DNA of 64,000 nt from Takakia lepidozioides. Its lineage: Eukaryota; Plantae; Bryophyta. The DNA is taken from the NCBI GenBank assembly GCA_030704615.1, contig CM060734.1, forward strand, positions 20,398,001 through 20,462,000, read 5' to 3'. Position 1 is the stretch's first letter; each line of letters begins with the position of its first letter. Shown here in pieces: positions 37,101 to 50,154 of this stretch. The translations under genes were made by a program, and so were the position numbers. Under the pieces are notes generated by a model, which saw nothing but the letters and a program-made list of their open reading frames with translations, was not told where the DNA came from and ran no database searches.

Positions 37101-40100
37101 GATGTTGACATTGTCAACAAATACCTTGGCACAATCTTCGATCTCTTCAGCCAGGATAGTGTTCATGGCCCTTTGGAAGGTTGCTGTGGCATTTTTCAAT
37201 CCAAATGGCATGACCAGTCACTCCAATAGACCATTCTTGGTAATCACAGCGGGTTTTGCTCACAACATTGGGGTCCATCATAATCTGCCAAAACCCACAC
37301 TGCGAATCCAGGGCTGAAAACCATGTGGCCTTCCCTAATTGGTTCAACACATCCTGAATTAGTGGCATGGGATAAGAATCTCGCCTTGTGAGCCTGTTGA
37401 CAGGCCTGAAGTCCCCGCAAAACCTTTTTGAACCATCCTTCTTGGGTGGTAGAGTCACTGGACAGGACCACTCAGACTTGCTCTCCCTCATTTTGCCTTG
37501 GGAAATCAGAGTTTGAATATGCTTTTGTACTTCATTCTTTTCCCACTCTGATAACCTGCTGGCGTGACTGCGGCAGGGAGGGAACCCTTGGGTGTCAATG
37601 ATGTGTTCCACTTGATGACAAAAACCCAGGTCAGCCTTGCTCAAGGCAAAGCAATCCTGATGATCCTTCAACTCTACCTCCAACTATTCCTTTTTCTCAC
37701 TTGCCAAATCTGGATTTATCTTTATCCTGGTCTGGAGACTGGTCCAACATATCTCTTCCTGTTCTACTACACTCAACTCTCCTTGTTCTCTTCCCACACT
37801 GTGCAGAAAAGTTTTCATTCTGTCCCTTTCTTCCTGAAGAACTGTCTGGTTCCAGTCATGGAAATTGTCCTCCACTTCCACGTTGTTGTTACCAAGTTCC
37901 CCATTCCAGGCCTTCTGATATGCATCATGAATGATTGCTGACGCCATGCTGCGATGGGCCTCTTCTTGCAGAAGCTCTGTCATGCCTTGATCATCATATA
38001 AATCCTCCCCCAGGTTTACTTCATCTATGATCCTTTCCATGTTGCTGAGGGCAGATTCCACCTCTAATTCAGGCATCATCTGCTCATCCTCCCCTTCTGT
38101 ATCAGATTCAGATTTTTCTTCCTCCATAAACTCTTCTGATGACTCCATGAATTCATCCTCATCCTCTCTTTCTTCCTCCCATAATTCTAGATGTTGGGCA
38201 GATAGGGACAAGGTCATGACTTCTCTGCAATCCGACCAGTAGGTTGATTCTTCACAATCCTGCATCTCACCCTCTCCTCCTTCATCCACTGTTTCTAACT
38301 GGTTGATTGTATGGAGGGGAAAATGGGCTACATCTTTACCTGGTCCATAGCGAATCCGAATCGTTTCAGACTCAGTATCCACCACCGCCCCAAACTTCTT
38401 CAAGAAGTCTAATCCCAACAGCATGTGGTACGTGTCAGTGTTCACCACCATAAAAAACAAGCGGTTTGTCAACTCTCCAACCTTTAGATCTTCAAGTCGC
38501 CCCATTGCTGTTTCCATAGCCCCTGATGCAACCCTATAGTTGATGTCTTTGTCTGTCACAACAGATCCCATAAGTCCCAGGTCTTACTGTACTCGCTGAG
38601 ATTACAGAGAGCATTGCTCCCGTGTCCACTTGCCCTAGCACCTAGAAGTCTCCAACAGTAACCATTGCATGCAAAGCCTTCACTTTTCCCGTGTAAGCAT
38701 ATGAGATCACAGGTGCAGGTTTCTTCTCATACAACAACATGGGTTCAGTTTTGACTGTTGCCACCACTTGAGTGACCTCCTTCTGTTGAGTGAGAGCTCT
38801 CTCAACCACCTTGACAAGCCCTTTTAACTTGTCCAATTCCCCAGGCACTGTCATGATGAGATCCGTGGGAGATAACGAGATCCTCCCCTTGTAGAAATGA
38901 TTTAAGATTCTAGACTTGGTGCCACCCTCTACTGCTGCCTTGAAATTGCTGCAAGGATAAATCCCACTCTTGGAATTGGCTGACACTTCACTGCTTTCCC
39001 CACTACTCTCTTCAGATACCCTTGTACCAGCTGCAGGTGTAGAGACAGGAGTACGGTTCCTAGGAAGTCTCACCTCATTTACACTGTGCTCAGCCATCAA
39101 TGCCGTCATCTCTGCGAGTACATCATCTTCATCATCGCAAAATACTTCAATGAAGTTGGTTCCCGGGGTACCTGCAGGGTTCTGCTCCATCCTCTCCTTT
39201 GCTCTAGGTCGGAAATCTGCCCTTTTGATAAACAGCCTGTTGAGCCTGTCAAAGTATGTTTGCACCCTTTGCCTTTGGTCCTGCCTGATGGCATCCATGC
39301 GTAGCTTGACCTCCACCATATCAATTGTTCCAAACTTTGCCACAATGGCTGCCTGGAAATCTGGCCAGTTGTCAGGTTTAGGGTTCTGCTTGCGGAACCA
39401 CTCATCGGCTTTGGCTTTCAGGTTTAAACGAGCCACTTTGAACATCTTGTCCTCATTAAGGTCACGAACATCTCCCACCATCTGGACTCTTTCTACCCAA
39501 TCACTAACATCCTCACTATCCCTACCATGAAATGGTGCATCAATTCCTGATGGACTTGTCATCCTGGAATTGATCCCTTCTCAACAACTAAACTTGTTTA
39601 TCACAAAATCTAAACAACCTCAATCTCAATCTCAATCTTGACCTCCATCTCAATTTCAATCTCAATCTCACTCTCACTCTCACTCTCGACCTCGACCCTA
39701 CTTACTCCCGAAAAGGCTAAATTTCTCTACAAAACTAATTCTGACCTCGGTACCATTCCCATTGGCCATTGCGCAACATCTCTACTCGGCCACCCCATGT
39801 CACTTCACGTGCCATGGTGTTCACCTTCTCCCACCTACCTTCCTCACGTACCCAAAGAGCAATGCTACTTCTACCTCCAGCGTGTATGAACCTGAGACAG
39901 AGATCCCCATCAAACAGTCTCCAGGCTGGATTAAATAAGTAAAGACTTGGCTGAGCATGAGCAGAGGCTGATCTCTGACTAAAACATATTAAAACGTCTC
40001 CTATGCTTGGTTCATCAGGTATAAGGGTATGATCACGACCTGCCATCAAGCCGAGGTCTCACCCCTTTCGCAGGTTAGTTATCAGTAACATAAACCAGAG

Positions 40101-40135
40101 AAACAGCTAAAGCGATCAGCTAAGCTCTGATACCA
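34153..40135 (-). mobile_element. Second Ty3/gypsy element (gag-PR-RT-RH-partial INT, PPT, 3' LTR about 34153-35078), decayed
   Basis: gag 38642-39562; VDTGA near 38620; RT 36597-37683 (MPFGLKNA, VFVDN); RH (IRTDHKPLEWL); INT C-terminus with WEGPY 35214-35786; PPT ggggggtgg at about 35081-35089. The left LTR boundary is uncertain. Confidence 0.9.
40123..40135 (-). other. Primer binding site (tRNA-iMet)
   Basis: TGGTATCAGAGCT on the - strand. Confidence 0.85.
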
Positions 40136-40907
40136 AAAGAAAGGGGCATAAATCCCCTTTGAGTTATATTCTAGACTGTTCATTGACTAGTGAAGCACTT
40201 CAAGGCCCTATGGCTCATACCCCAAGTGCTAATCTCTAAACTATACATGACCAGAGATGTATCCACTCTTAATGCACACACCGCAGCGGAAGGGGAAGGA
40301 TGTACTAAACCTTTGTTGAATGATTGCATACATCAGCCCACGTGCCCTGTGAGTCAACATATAAGTTTCACACAAATCCAGATCAGTTGCAGTAGTGGTT
40401 ACTTACATTTACTTCCAGATACCAGGCAGGTCATACTCTCTTAATCTTTCCCCCACTACGCCCAAAGAACTGACATCCCACACTACAGGAATTGCTCTTG
40501 TGCATGACCTCTCTCTCTCTGGTTACTGTAACTGGTTTATGTGAAGCAGAATTGTTGTATGTCTCTCTTGGTTTTACTTTCTCAAGGCCAGAGTTGCTGA
40601 TGTCACAACTATATTGTCTCGCACTACTGCACCCACCCATTACATATTTCTACAGCTGAATCTCATGCATCAAATTCACTCAATGCCCCTCTGGGTTTTA
40701 CTTATCAGTTTTGTATCAGAACAGTCATCAATCAAGGGTTTCCTCTTATTTTCCCATGTTTATATTCTTTGTCTTGTTCTGCCTCTAAGTACACTTTGTA
40801 AGGAAATTGGACCTATATGCAATGCAATGTCTTAAAGTCCCAGTTGGTCCATGTGCAGATCTCATCACTGGAGTTTAGGTTATACAGCATTACAAACACA
40901 CAACCCA

Positions 40908-42500
40908 TCAGATTGGAAACCATCTACTGACTCCCACTACATAATTTAGGGCCAATTCTGATAAGAAGGCAGCTCTGAAGATGTCGCCATGGACCTCGTT
41001 GCCCTTATCCAGATTTGCCGGGGCAGTGTGCAGAATGACATTTGGTACAGCTACATCAAAACATTTTGCATGCATCTCCACCAGGATATTGTTCAGGATG
41101 ATAGTTGGTACGGTTCCAGCTCTGGAGATGCCGCCTTGGGCCTCTTTGCCCTTTTCCAGATGTGTCAGGGTAGTGTGCAGAATGACATTAGGTACAGCTA
41201 CAACAGAACCTGCAAGCATCGCATTCCATGACACCGTACACCATATCTCGTTCAGCCATAGTGGCAAACACTCCCTTTGCATCCTCGATGCACCCACATT
41301 TTGCATACATGTCCACCATGGTATTGTTTAGAGTGTCAATTGGTACAATTCCAGCTCTGAAGATGTCGCCATGGACCACTTTGCCCTTTCCCAGATCTGC
41401 CAGGGCAGTGTGTAGAGTGACATTTGGAACAACTACAGCACCACCTGCAGGCATCGCATTCCACGACACTAAATCACGTTCAGCCATAGTGTCAAACACT
41501 CCCTTAGCATCCTCGATGCACCCACATTTTGTATACATGTCCACCAGGGTATTGTTCAGAGTGACAGTTGGCACAATTTCAGCTGTGAAGATGTCGCCAT
41601 GGGCCTCTTTGCCCTTTCCCAGATCGGCCAGGGCAGTGTGTAGAGTGACATTTGGTACAACTACAGCAACACCTGCAGGCACCGCATTCCATGACACCAG
41701 GTCACGTTCAGCCATAGTGTCAAACATTCCCTTTGCATCCTCGATGCACCCGCATTCTGCATACATGTCCACTAGGGTATTGTTCAGAGTGACAGTTGGT
41801 ACAATTTCAGCTCTGAAGATGTCGCCATGGACCTCTTTTCCCTTTCCCAGATCTGCCAGGGCAGTGTGTAGAGTGACATTTAGTACAACTACAGCAACAC
41901 CTGCAGGCATCGCATTCCACGACACCAAATCACGCTCAGCCATAGAGTCAAACATTCCCTTTACATCCTCGATGCACCCACATTTTGCATACATGTCCAT
42001 CAGGGTATTATTCAGAATGACAGTTGATACAATTCCAGCTCTGAAGATGTCGCCTGCATGGACCTCATTGCCCATTTCCAGGTCTGCCAGGGCAGTGTGT
42101 AGAGTGACATTTGGTACAACTACAACAAAATCTTTAAGCATCGCATTCCACGATACCATATCTCGTTCAACCATAGTGTCAAACACTCCCTTTGCATCCT
42201 CGATGCACCCACATTTTGCATACATGTCCGCCAGGGTATTGTTCAAAGTGACAGTTGGTACAATTCCAGCTCTGTAGATGTTGCCATGGGCCTCATTGCC
42301 ATTGTCCAAATCTGCCAGGGTAGTGTGCAAAATGACATTTGGTACAGTTGCAGCAAAATCTTCAAGCCTTGCATTCCACAACACCGTATCTCGTTCAGCC
42401 ATAGTGTCAAACATTCCCTTTGCATCCTCAATGCACCCACATTTTGCATACAAGTCCACCAGGGTATTGTTCATAATGAAAGTTGGTACAATTCTAGCGT
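40908..42500 (-). pseudogene. PLS-class PPR-derived tandem array (6 x 228 bp plus a degenerate tail); no E/DYW domain seen
   Basis: [35 protein letters not shown] repeats every 76 aa; frameshift near 41240. Confidence 0.9.
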
Positions 42501-42975
42501 TCCTGGTAATTATGAGTCGTTTATAAGTAGGGGAGCTCTTGGGATCAAACAAGACGACAGTGAGAGGGGGTGTCACATCAGTGGGTGAAGGACGGGGGCT
42601 TAGAAAGAGAGAGAAGGATGAAGTAAACACTGATTGGTGGGAGGGGGTAGAGGGCTTCCTGTGTATAAGTAGGTATAAGTGGATTTGACTGACCATGAAC
42701 CCAAACAGACCTCTTGTGTGTGCTGCTTATGTCTGTAGTCCAGTAATGTCGGATTGGTCCACGAGAACCACCACAATGCAGCTGAGCGAGCAGAGATTGA
42801 AACACGACCTGCTAAGACCAAGCTGACTCTCCGAAGAACCTGGTAAACAACAGGAAGAATGCCAAATCATGGTACTAACAGTCGCCAAGAGCCCACATTT
42901 GCAGGATGGACAAACTTTTTCACATCGCACATTGAGAAAAAACCACACCTTGCGATTGCAGTTGTCCATTGTGAA

Positions 42976-43056
42976 GGTGGCCAGGCGCTTCCCATAGTAG
43001 TCGATGGCCACATCGTGCACCACATCTTCATGCCCCGATTCTAGGGTTTGAGTCCC
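42976..43056 (-). pseudogene. SEC13: Captured N-terminal fragment of SEC13 (WD40)
   Basis: GTQTLESGHEDVVHDVAIDYYGKRLAT matches the conserved SEC13 N-terminus; similarity stops abruptly. Confidence 0.85.
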
Positions 43057-43076
43057 GATCTGCCCCCTATCCCACC

Positions 43077-43245
43077 AGCTCCGCTCGTCGTCTCTCATGA
43101 TCAGACTCGACACTAAAACAAAACCAACATAGCTCCGCCCTGTTCGACGTCTTTCATGATCAGACTCGACACTATAAGAAAACAACACAGCTCCGCCCTG
43201 TTTGTCGTCTCTCACAATCAAACTCGACACAGAAAACAAACAGAT
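43077..43245. repeat. Three approximately 58-bp tandem repeats
   Basis: agctccgc..cgtctctcatgatcagactcgacac x3. Confidence 0.85.
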
Positions 43246-43270
43246 GGCAGGGGAGACAAAAAAATGCTAA

Positions 43271-43857
43271 GTCCCCTCTAGTCATGACTGGATGGATGAA
43301 TGTAGCGATAGATGGATGGATTTTGGGTTTTCCATCAATACATCCATTCATTCATTTGTTTTTCCATTTTTTGGCCATCTTAATTTCATCCATTCATCTA
43401 AAATGAATCTTTAAATGAGTTTCACTGTCAGTTCATCCAATAGCTGTCAGCTCAGCGTTTGCATTGTCATTCGTTCCTACATTCATCCAATAGTTGCCAG
43501 CAAGGCGTTTGTTGTATCTTTCGTTCATACGTTCATCCAGTGCACAAAAGTTATGTTTGATACGTTCATCCAATAGTTGCCAGCAATGCGTTTGTGTATC
43601 ATTCGTTGAGATAATGCAGTTGTTTTGTTTCACTAACCTTAACCAGCAGTCGATTAGTTTATTGTTAATCTGCTGGGTCAGTGAAACAGTAGTTAAATGT
43701 TTTTACTACTTATTATCCTCATACTTAACACTGCGACCTAGCAACCATAAATTCGAGCACATTCAACCTAATTCATCATAGTTCATTCATCCTAGTTCAC
43801 TCATCCTAATTCATCCTAATCATTCGTTCATCCATTCATTCATTCACAGGGTGTGGC
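43271..43857. mobile_element. Putative MITE (Harbinger-like)
   Basis: Imperfect inverted ends (tggatggatgaatg / cattcattcattca), TAA/TTA flanks, internal ttcatcc repeats. Confidence 0.45.
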
Positions 43858-43889
43858 TTAGTGCCCGCGAGCAATGATATGTTGACACG

Positions 43890-46800
43890 TCGTGGTGGGA
43901 CTGGCTCCATGGGCCAGGCGGAAGTTGGAGGAGAAGCCACCTAAGACTTTGAACGAGGCAATTGAAAGGGCTGAATGTTTATCGGATGTCCCTAGGGGCG
44001 AAAGACAAGGTCGTACGGAGCTGAACCACAAGAAGACCCGGCGGGAGGGTGACTCCTTCCGACCGGAAAAGAAGTGGGATAGGCCACGCGGCGATAATGG
44101 CACATGGAAATCGAAGGGAAGGCCTTCACACGTCAAGGCGGCACCCGGTGCTCCAAAAAGAAAATCAGGTGCGGCAGCTTATGGCAGACAGAAGGCGACC
44201 TTCGATGGAGTGTGCTTTAATTGCGGGGAACCCGGGCACATGGCCAAGAAGTGCGCGAAACCCCGACAATTGAACATGACTCGGGCAACCACGGAGCTGT
44301 CCGAAGATTCCATCAGCCGCTTGGTAGAAGCGGTGGTTGCCAAGACTTGCAAGGTAGGCAACTACTCTTGTGAGTTGTATCAGGAGACTGCCCCCTTGTG
44401 TAAAGGGAGTCAGGTAATGTCCGTGAGTGGGATAATTTCCAGAACTAACGTGTCGTTGTTGGTGGACACAGGAGCGTCGCACTCCTTCATGACACCGGCA
44501 ACGGCACGGAAGCTGGGGCTCCCGACAACTGATGTGGGGGCCTCTATTGAAGTGCGTTTTGCGGAGAACCACAACTGGCGACGAGGTTGGATTCGATGTT
44601 CCTCTTCAGCTGGGAAGTTGGGAGGGACATGATAACTTCACCATTTGCGAGATCGATGGAGTGGATCTAATTTTGGGGATGACTTTTTTGAGCAAATCCG
44701 GAGCGGTCATAGATGGCCGCAAGAGAGTAATCACGCTACCGTATGGGGATGGTGGTGAAGTTTTACGGGTGTCGGAAACGCCCAACCGAGTGGGAGGGCG
44801 AATAAACCTGCTGACAGCAAAGGAGTGGGCCGTGGAGGAGCCACACGAACCCCAGTTTTTGCTTTACGTAAGACAAGTGAAAGGAAAAGTCGATAGAGAG
44901 CCGAGCCCAGATTGGATCAAGGGGATCATGGAGAAATACCAGGATGTGATGCCGGAGGATTTACCAAGCGGTTTGCCACCGCGAAGAGGAGTTGACCACA
45001 AGATAGAGGTGATACCGGGATCGGAGCCGCCTGCCAAAGCGCCCTACCGGTTGAGCCACAGAGAGTTGGTCGAGCTGAAGGCCCAGCTCAAGGATCTAAT
45101 GTCAAAGGGGTATATCCGGCCGAGTAAATCACCTTAAGGAGCCCCGGTGCTATTCGCAGACAAGAAGGATGGGACGCTGCGGATGTGTGTCGATTACAGG
45201 GCTATGAATAAGGTGACTATAAAAAACCGGTACCCTTTGCCAAGGATCGACGACCTCTTCGATCGGTTGGTAGGAGCAAAGTATTTCAGCCGGATCGATT
45301 TGCGTGCAGGTTACCATCAAATCCGAGTGGCAGAAGGAGATGAGGAGAAGACCGCGTGCAGGTCAAGATATGGTTCATATGAGTTCTTGGTGATGCCTTT
45401 TGGGCTCACCAACGCACCCGCGACCTTTAGCACGCTAATGAACAGCCTTTTCCAAGAGTGGTTGGATGACTTTGTGATCGTGTACATCGACGACATCTTG
45501 GTGTACTTGAAAGCAAATGAAGAGCACCTGAAGCACCTCAAAAGGGTGTTCCAGAAATTGCAGGAAGAGAAGTTGTATGCCAAAGCTTCAAAATGCAAAT
45601 TTGGGGTCACAAAAGTGGATCATATGGCATGTGATTACACAGGATGGGATCAAAATGGATGACAGAAAGGTGAGGGCGATCTTGGACTGGGAGCCTCCGA
45701 CTTCCAAGGTATGGGTATGGAACACCTTTTGTGGCCAAGCTTTTGCCGAGTTGAAGCAACGGATGGCGGAAGCTCCAGTCCTGAAAATCCCGGAGTTCGA
45801 CCGTCCATTTGAGATTCATACAAATGCGTCGGACTTCGCAATTGGGGGTGTGCTCATGCAGGATGGACGTCCAGTGACTTACGAAAGTAAGAAACTGAAT
45901 AAAGTGGAGCGACGGTGGCCTACGCACGAGAAAGAAATGAAGGCGGTGGTGCATTGCCTTGAGCTTTGGCGCCACTATGTTGGTTCCAACCCGGTGAAGG
46001 TGTTCACGGACAATGTCACGGTAAGTATTTTGCCACACAGCCTAAGTTGTCCCCAAAACAACTTAGGTGGCAAGACATTTTGACAATGTTCGACGTGGAT
46101 ATCCAGTACAAACCGGGACGGGACAATGTGGTGGCTAATGCTTTAAGTAGAAAGCAGCAGATCATGTTGGTGTACAGGGGCGAGACGGCGCTCCAAAGGA
46201 AGATCTGGAAGGCTTAGCGAAAGGATGAGATGGCGAAAGCCATGATGCGGGACTTGAGGTTGGGGGTTAAATCGCAGTTCCACTTGCACAATGAACTGCT
46301 CCGGTACAAGCAAAAGCGTCTTTATGTGCCGAAGGGAGGGATCAGAGATAGTCTCTTGAGAGAATGTCATGATGGCCCGCTTGCGGGCCACGACAGAGCC
46401 AAGCGCACCGCGGCACTCTTGAAGAAAGAGTATTTCTGGCCCAAACTGAGGGAGGAGGCCGAAGAGTATGTCAAGACATGCACCACATGCCAACAAAACC
46501 GGAGCGAGTACAAAAAGCAAGCGGGGCTGTTGCAACCCTTACCGATTCCAGAGGGGTCTTGGGAAAGTGTCTCGATGGATTTCATGACTGCTTTGCCGCT
46601 GTCAAAAGGATTCGATCAATCATGGTGGTGGTGGATAGGTTCAGTAAAATGGGCCATTTCATTCCCACCAAGGAGACGACAGCGGCGCAGAAGACGGGGC
46701 GACTTTATTTCGCCCACGTCTTCAAGCATCATGGACTCCCGAATGATATTGTCTCGGACCGCGATCCAAAGTTTATAAGTAAATTTTGGAGAGCACTTTG

Positions 46801-47268
46801 GAAGAAAATGGGGACGAGGCTCAAGATGAGCACCGCCTTCCGACCTACAACGGACGGCCAAACGGAAAGAGTGAATTCCGTGGTGAAGCAGATCTTGCGG
46901 AATTATGTGTCGGCAGACCAATCAGACTGGGTGGAGCACTTGGATGCGGCAGAGTTCTGTTATAATAACACAAAACACTCCGCAACGGGAGTTTCCCCTT
47001 TCGTATTGGTCTATGGAAGAGCACCTCTAGTGCCAACAAGTTGGGCCGCCCAGGACGTTGAGGAACCGGCAGCAGCAGCGGTGCTGGAAAAACGCAAGCG
47101 TTTGTTGGAGCTCGCAAAGTACAACATTGCCAAAGCTAGGAAATGGTATGAATTACGGCAGACGAATCGGAAGCGGATGGAAGTTAAGTTTGAGGCAGGC
47201 ACGGAGGTCTGGTTGAACATCAAGAATTTTCGACTACCTTCGGAAGTGAGTCCGAAGTTCGTACCTCC
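43890..47268 (+). mobile_element. Chromovirus-type Ty3/gypsy internal region (gag C-terminus to integrase), truncated at both ends
   Basis: [57 protein letters not shown]...AGH..CTTCQ, TDGQTERVN. Confidence 0.95.
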
Positions 47269-47351
47269 GTCTATTGTTGTCACTGCCCCCACCACAGGGG
47301 CAGCTCCTCTTGTGTTCCGACCCCCTGCCCTCAAGGCAAATGGCCGCGACA
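47269..47351 (-). repeat. Inverted chromovirus LTR 5'-end fragment
   Basis: Matches 63885-63968 (ccccctgccctcaa.gcaaa.ggccgcgaca). Confidence 0.85.
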
Positions 47352-48929
47352 CACAACAGACTGATAAAGTAGCGTCCGACAGACAGACACATGTTGGAAC
47401 AGACCGACTTTCACGAGACCGTCGAGAGAAGAGACTGAGACGAAAAGCATCATATCCCATGCAGTGGTGGGCCACCAGAGCCAACGCGAACAGACTCATA
47501 GCAGAACAGACTGATAAAGTGAGTCTAATAGACTGATATCGATAGAGATTCAGTTCTCGCAGACGCACGGTTCGACAGACTGAGGAGAGAAGAGATTTAG
47601 GAAAGAAGCAACTAGAAGACTGACGGGAGAAGAGACTGAGGGTAAACAAGAAAGTCGATATTCCTCAATTGTCCTCAATTGTCAATGGACATGATCCAGT
47701 CCGCCGGGCCTCAAACATCCACGCGGACTTGCGGAATGCACATGTCTCAGCCTGGTCCGTCTCCTTGCAAATTGGGCAATATACCGATTCTGCTCTTGGT
47801 AGAGGGTCGTGGCTGAGACCTGTGCACTCAACAGGTCTTTATGGATGTTTGAGGATCGTAGGACAGGATCTTGTCCGCTGACATGATGAGCAGTAATGCT
47901 GGAGTCTGCTGCCAACCCCTCTATTATATGATCTGGATACTTCACAAAACATTGTTTCTTCGGGATTTCCATTCTGCTAAACTTCTGCACACTCCTTGCA
48001 AGCCGTTTTACTTTGTCCCCTAAACAGTCCCATCGTCCAATATGAAATCTGCAATGTATACACGCCCCCATGTGCATATGCTTCCGCGATTTCCGCCCTC
48101 ATGGGGTCCGTTGCAGTATGAAGGGGTATCATGAGGGACCAGAAGCAGATGACGATATAGAGGACAGATAAGGCAGTAGCGATTTTATGACATACAACCA
48201 TATCATAAAGCCAAACCTTCCCTAAAGCACAACAAGAAGGCAAAAATAGTGGAAGCATATGCACGATGGTGGCTGTAGAGCCCGCCCAGCCAGTCTTGTC
48301 ATGTTCAGGCACACCCTTCATCATCATGAACGCTCGTGCACAAGAAGAACACGCCGTGCGTGGAAACACCCACCGCAACATCAGATAACAAAGAGCCCTC
48401 ACAAGAAAGAGACCGGTTTTGGTGGCAGGGTTTAGATTTTCGAAGCCCTAAAAAAGGAGGGCTCGGATGGGTTTCGAAATGGACGGTCCAAGTCCGGCAC
48501 CGTCGGCGGACTGGCTGGGGGACGTGGGGCAGCGGACTAGATAGTACTGGACTTGCAGACTGGAGGGCAGCGGACTAGCCGCGGGCGCGGCTGGGCGACG
48601 GCCCGGGGGCGGGGTAGGGGAGCCGGGCGTCCGTGCGCGGGGCCACCGGTCAGCTAGGGCGTACGCCATAAGATCGCTAATATCATAAAATGAGAGGCTT
48701 AAGATAGCTCAATTATATTAGTAGTTTCAAACCACAAAATTTTATCCATTTTCTTCTACAGGTTTATTAAGAGTATTTTTGTTTGTTTAAAAAAAATAAA
48801 ATGAAAACTAATAAAATCCCTGGATTTTAGTTCGAATATATGAATACACTGCTATTTAATTTATCAACTAATCTCCCAGACTGATAAAACGTTTTAAATA
48901 TAATTAAATTAAACAAATAATTTTTTAAA

Positions 48930-49133
48930 ATAGAACCGGAACCTAACCAGGAACCGGTGGATTTTTTCAGCAACTAACCGGAACTGGACCGGAACCAGCT
49001 CAACAATAAAAAACTGGAACTGGATCCGGAACAGTCTCTTGAAATAATTGTGGAACCGGAACTGAAGGTTCCTTCGCAAATGCAAGAACCGCCCAACACT
49101 GGAAAATATACTGTTCCAAATTTTTAACCCTAG
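48930..49133. repeat. hAT/MITE-like end with GGAACC/AACCGG subterminal repeats
   Basis: Repeated aaccggaac motifs ending in ..aacccta. Confidence 0.45.
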
Positions 49134-50154
49134 TATTACAAAAAGAAATACCAGCCGTGGTTGATACTCCCTACATACCAGTCCAACATTGTTATGTTCC
49201 TTCTGAAACCACCTGGAGGATGACCACTGGGCAAAACAGCTCCTCTTCTTGCTGGGTACTGTAGAAAAGGTACTGCAACAGCCTGACTTCATGTAGTCAT
49301 CTGTCCTTCAGCAAGGATCTCTCTGACTTGATGTTCTGAAGGCAACCATGGATATATAAGAAGCATGCCAAGGGTTTTCAGTTTCCACATAATGTGCAAT
49401 TTGAAAGTTCTTCAGTTAAACCCTGGTACCCTGCAATCGGCCCATGTTCAATATTAAATGGCAAGACCCACAGGATGTGTCAGCAACAATTCAATTGTGT
49501 GTACTTATGTCCTGCACAGTGGCATGAGATCACTAGACATGAAGTTTCAAAAATTGAAGCGCATTTCCTAAATCTGCCTCATTTAATGTGCACTAGTAAA
49601 CTGGTCCAGGACCAGTTTTCAGTTAGTAGACAAGTAGGCCCCCATGTTCTCGGCTCCAGCACTTGAATGCGCATCATCTGGGCTTTCCCAACACAGAATT
49701 GTCGCGAAAATCAATCAAATGGGAACAAGAGCACAGGCAATTGGAGCCAATTCAGGGCTGCTTTCCATGATTATGCTGCATCATCGTGGCGGCAGTGTCT
49801 AGTGTGAGCATAAGCAAGGCAGAACGGGTTAATCTGCCTGTTGCATTCATCCCTACTGTCATCAATGCCACGGCCTTACTGTTACATCACGCATAATGGT
49901 TAGTCCGACCTTGGGAGCAAATTTGTAAGAATTCGATGTGGCACACCGTCCTTTGTTCACATGACCTACGTCACATCTGTTTGACTGCTATACTTTCCAG
50001 TGAAAAATTCTGCTTTTGTGGGTTTCAGGTGTTGTCCAACCAAACCTGAGAAACTCCTTGCTCAGCCTGTTATTGGCAACTTGCATAGTATGTACATACA
50101 AGGGTGTGGACACCATCATTCCTGTAATAGTTGATTGAGTTTGTGATAGCTGTT

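Noticed and set aside
39618-39700. CAATCT/CACTCT hexamer run
   Set aside because: Ordinary simple repeat in a retroelement 5' UTR
41228-42277. 349-aa + strand ORF
   Set aside because: Antisense shadow of the PPR tandem repeat
48575-48660. Helitron 3' end (GC hairpin plus CTAG)
   Set aside because: The hairpin is imperfect, CTAG is followed by G rather than T, and no 5' end was identified
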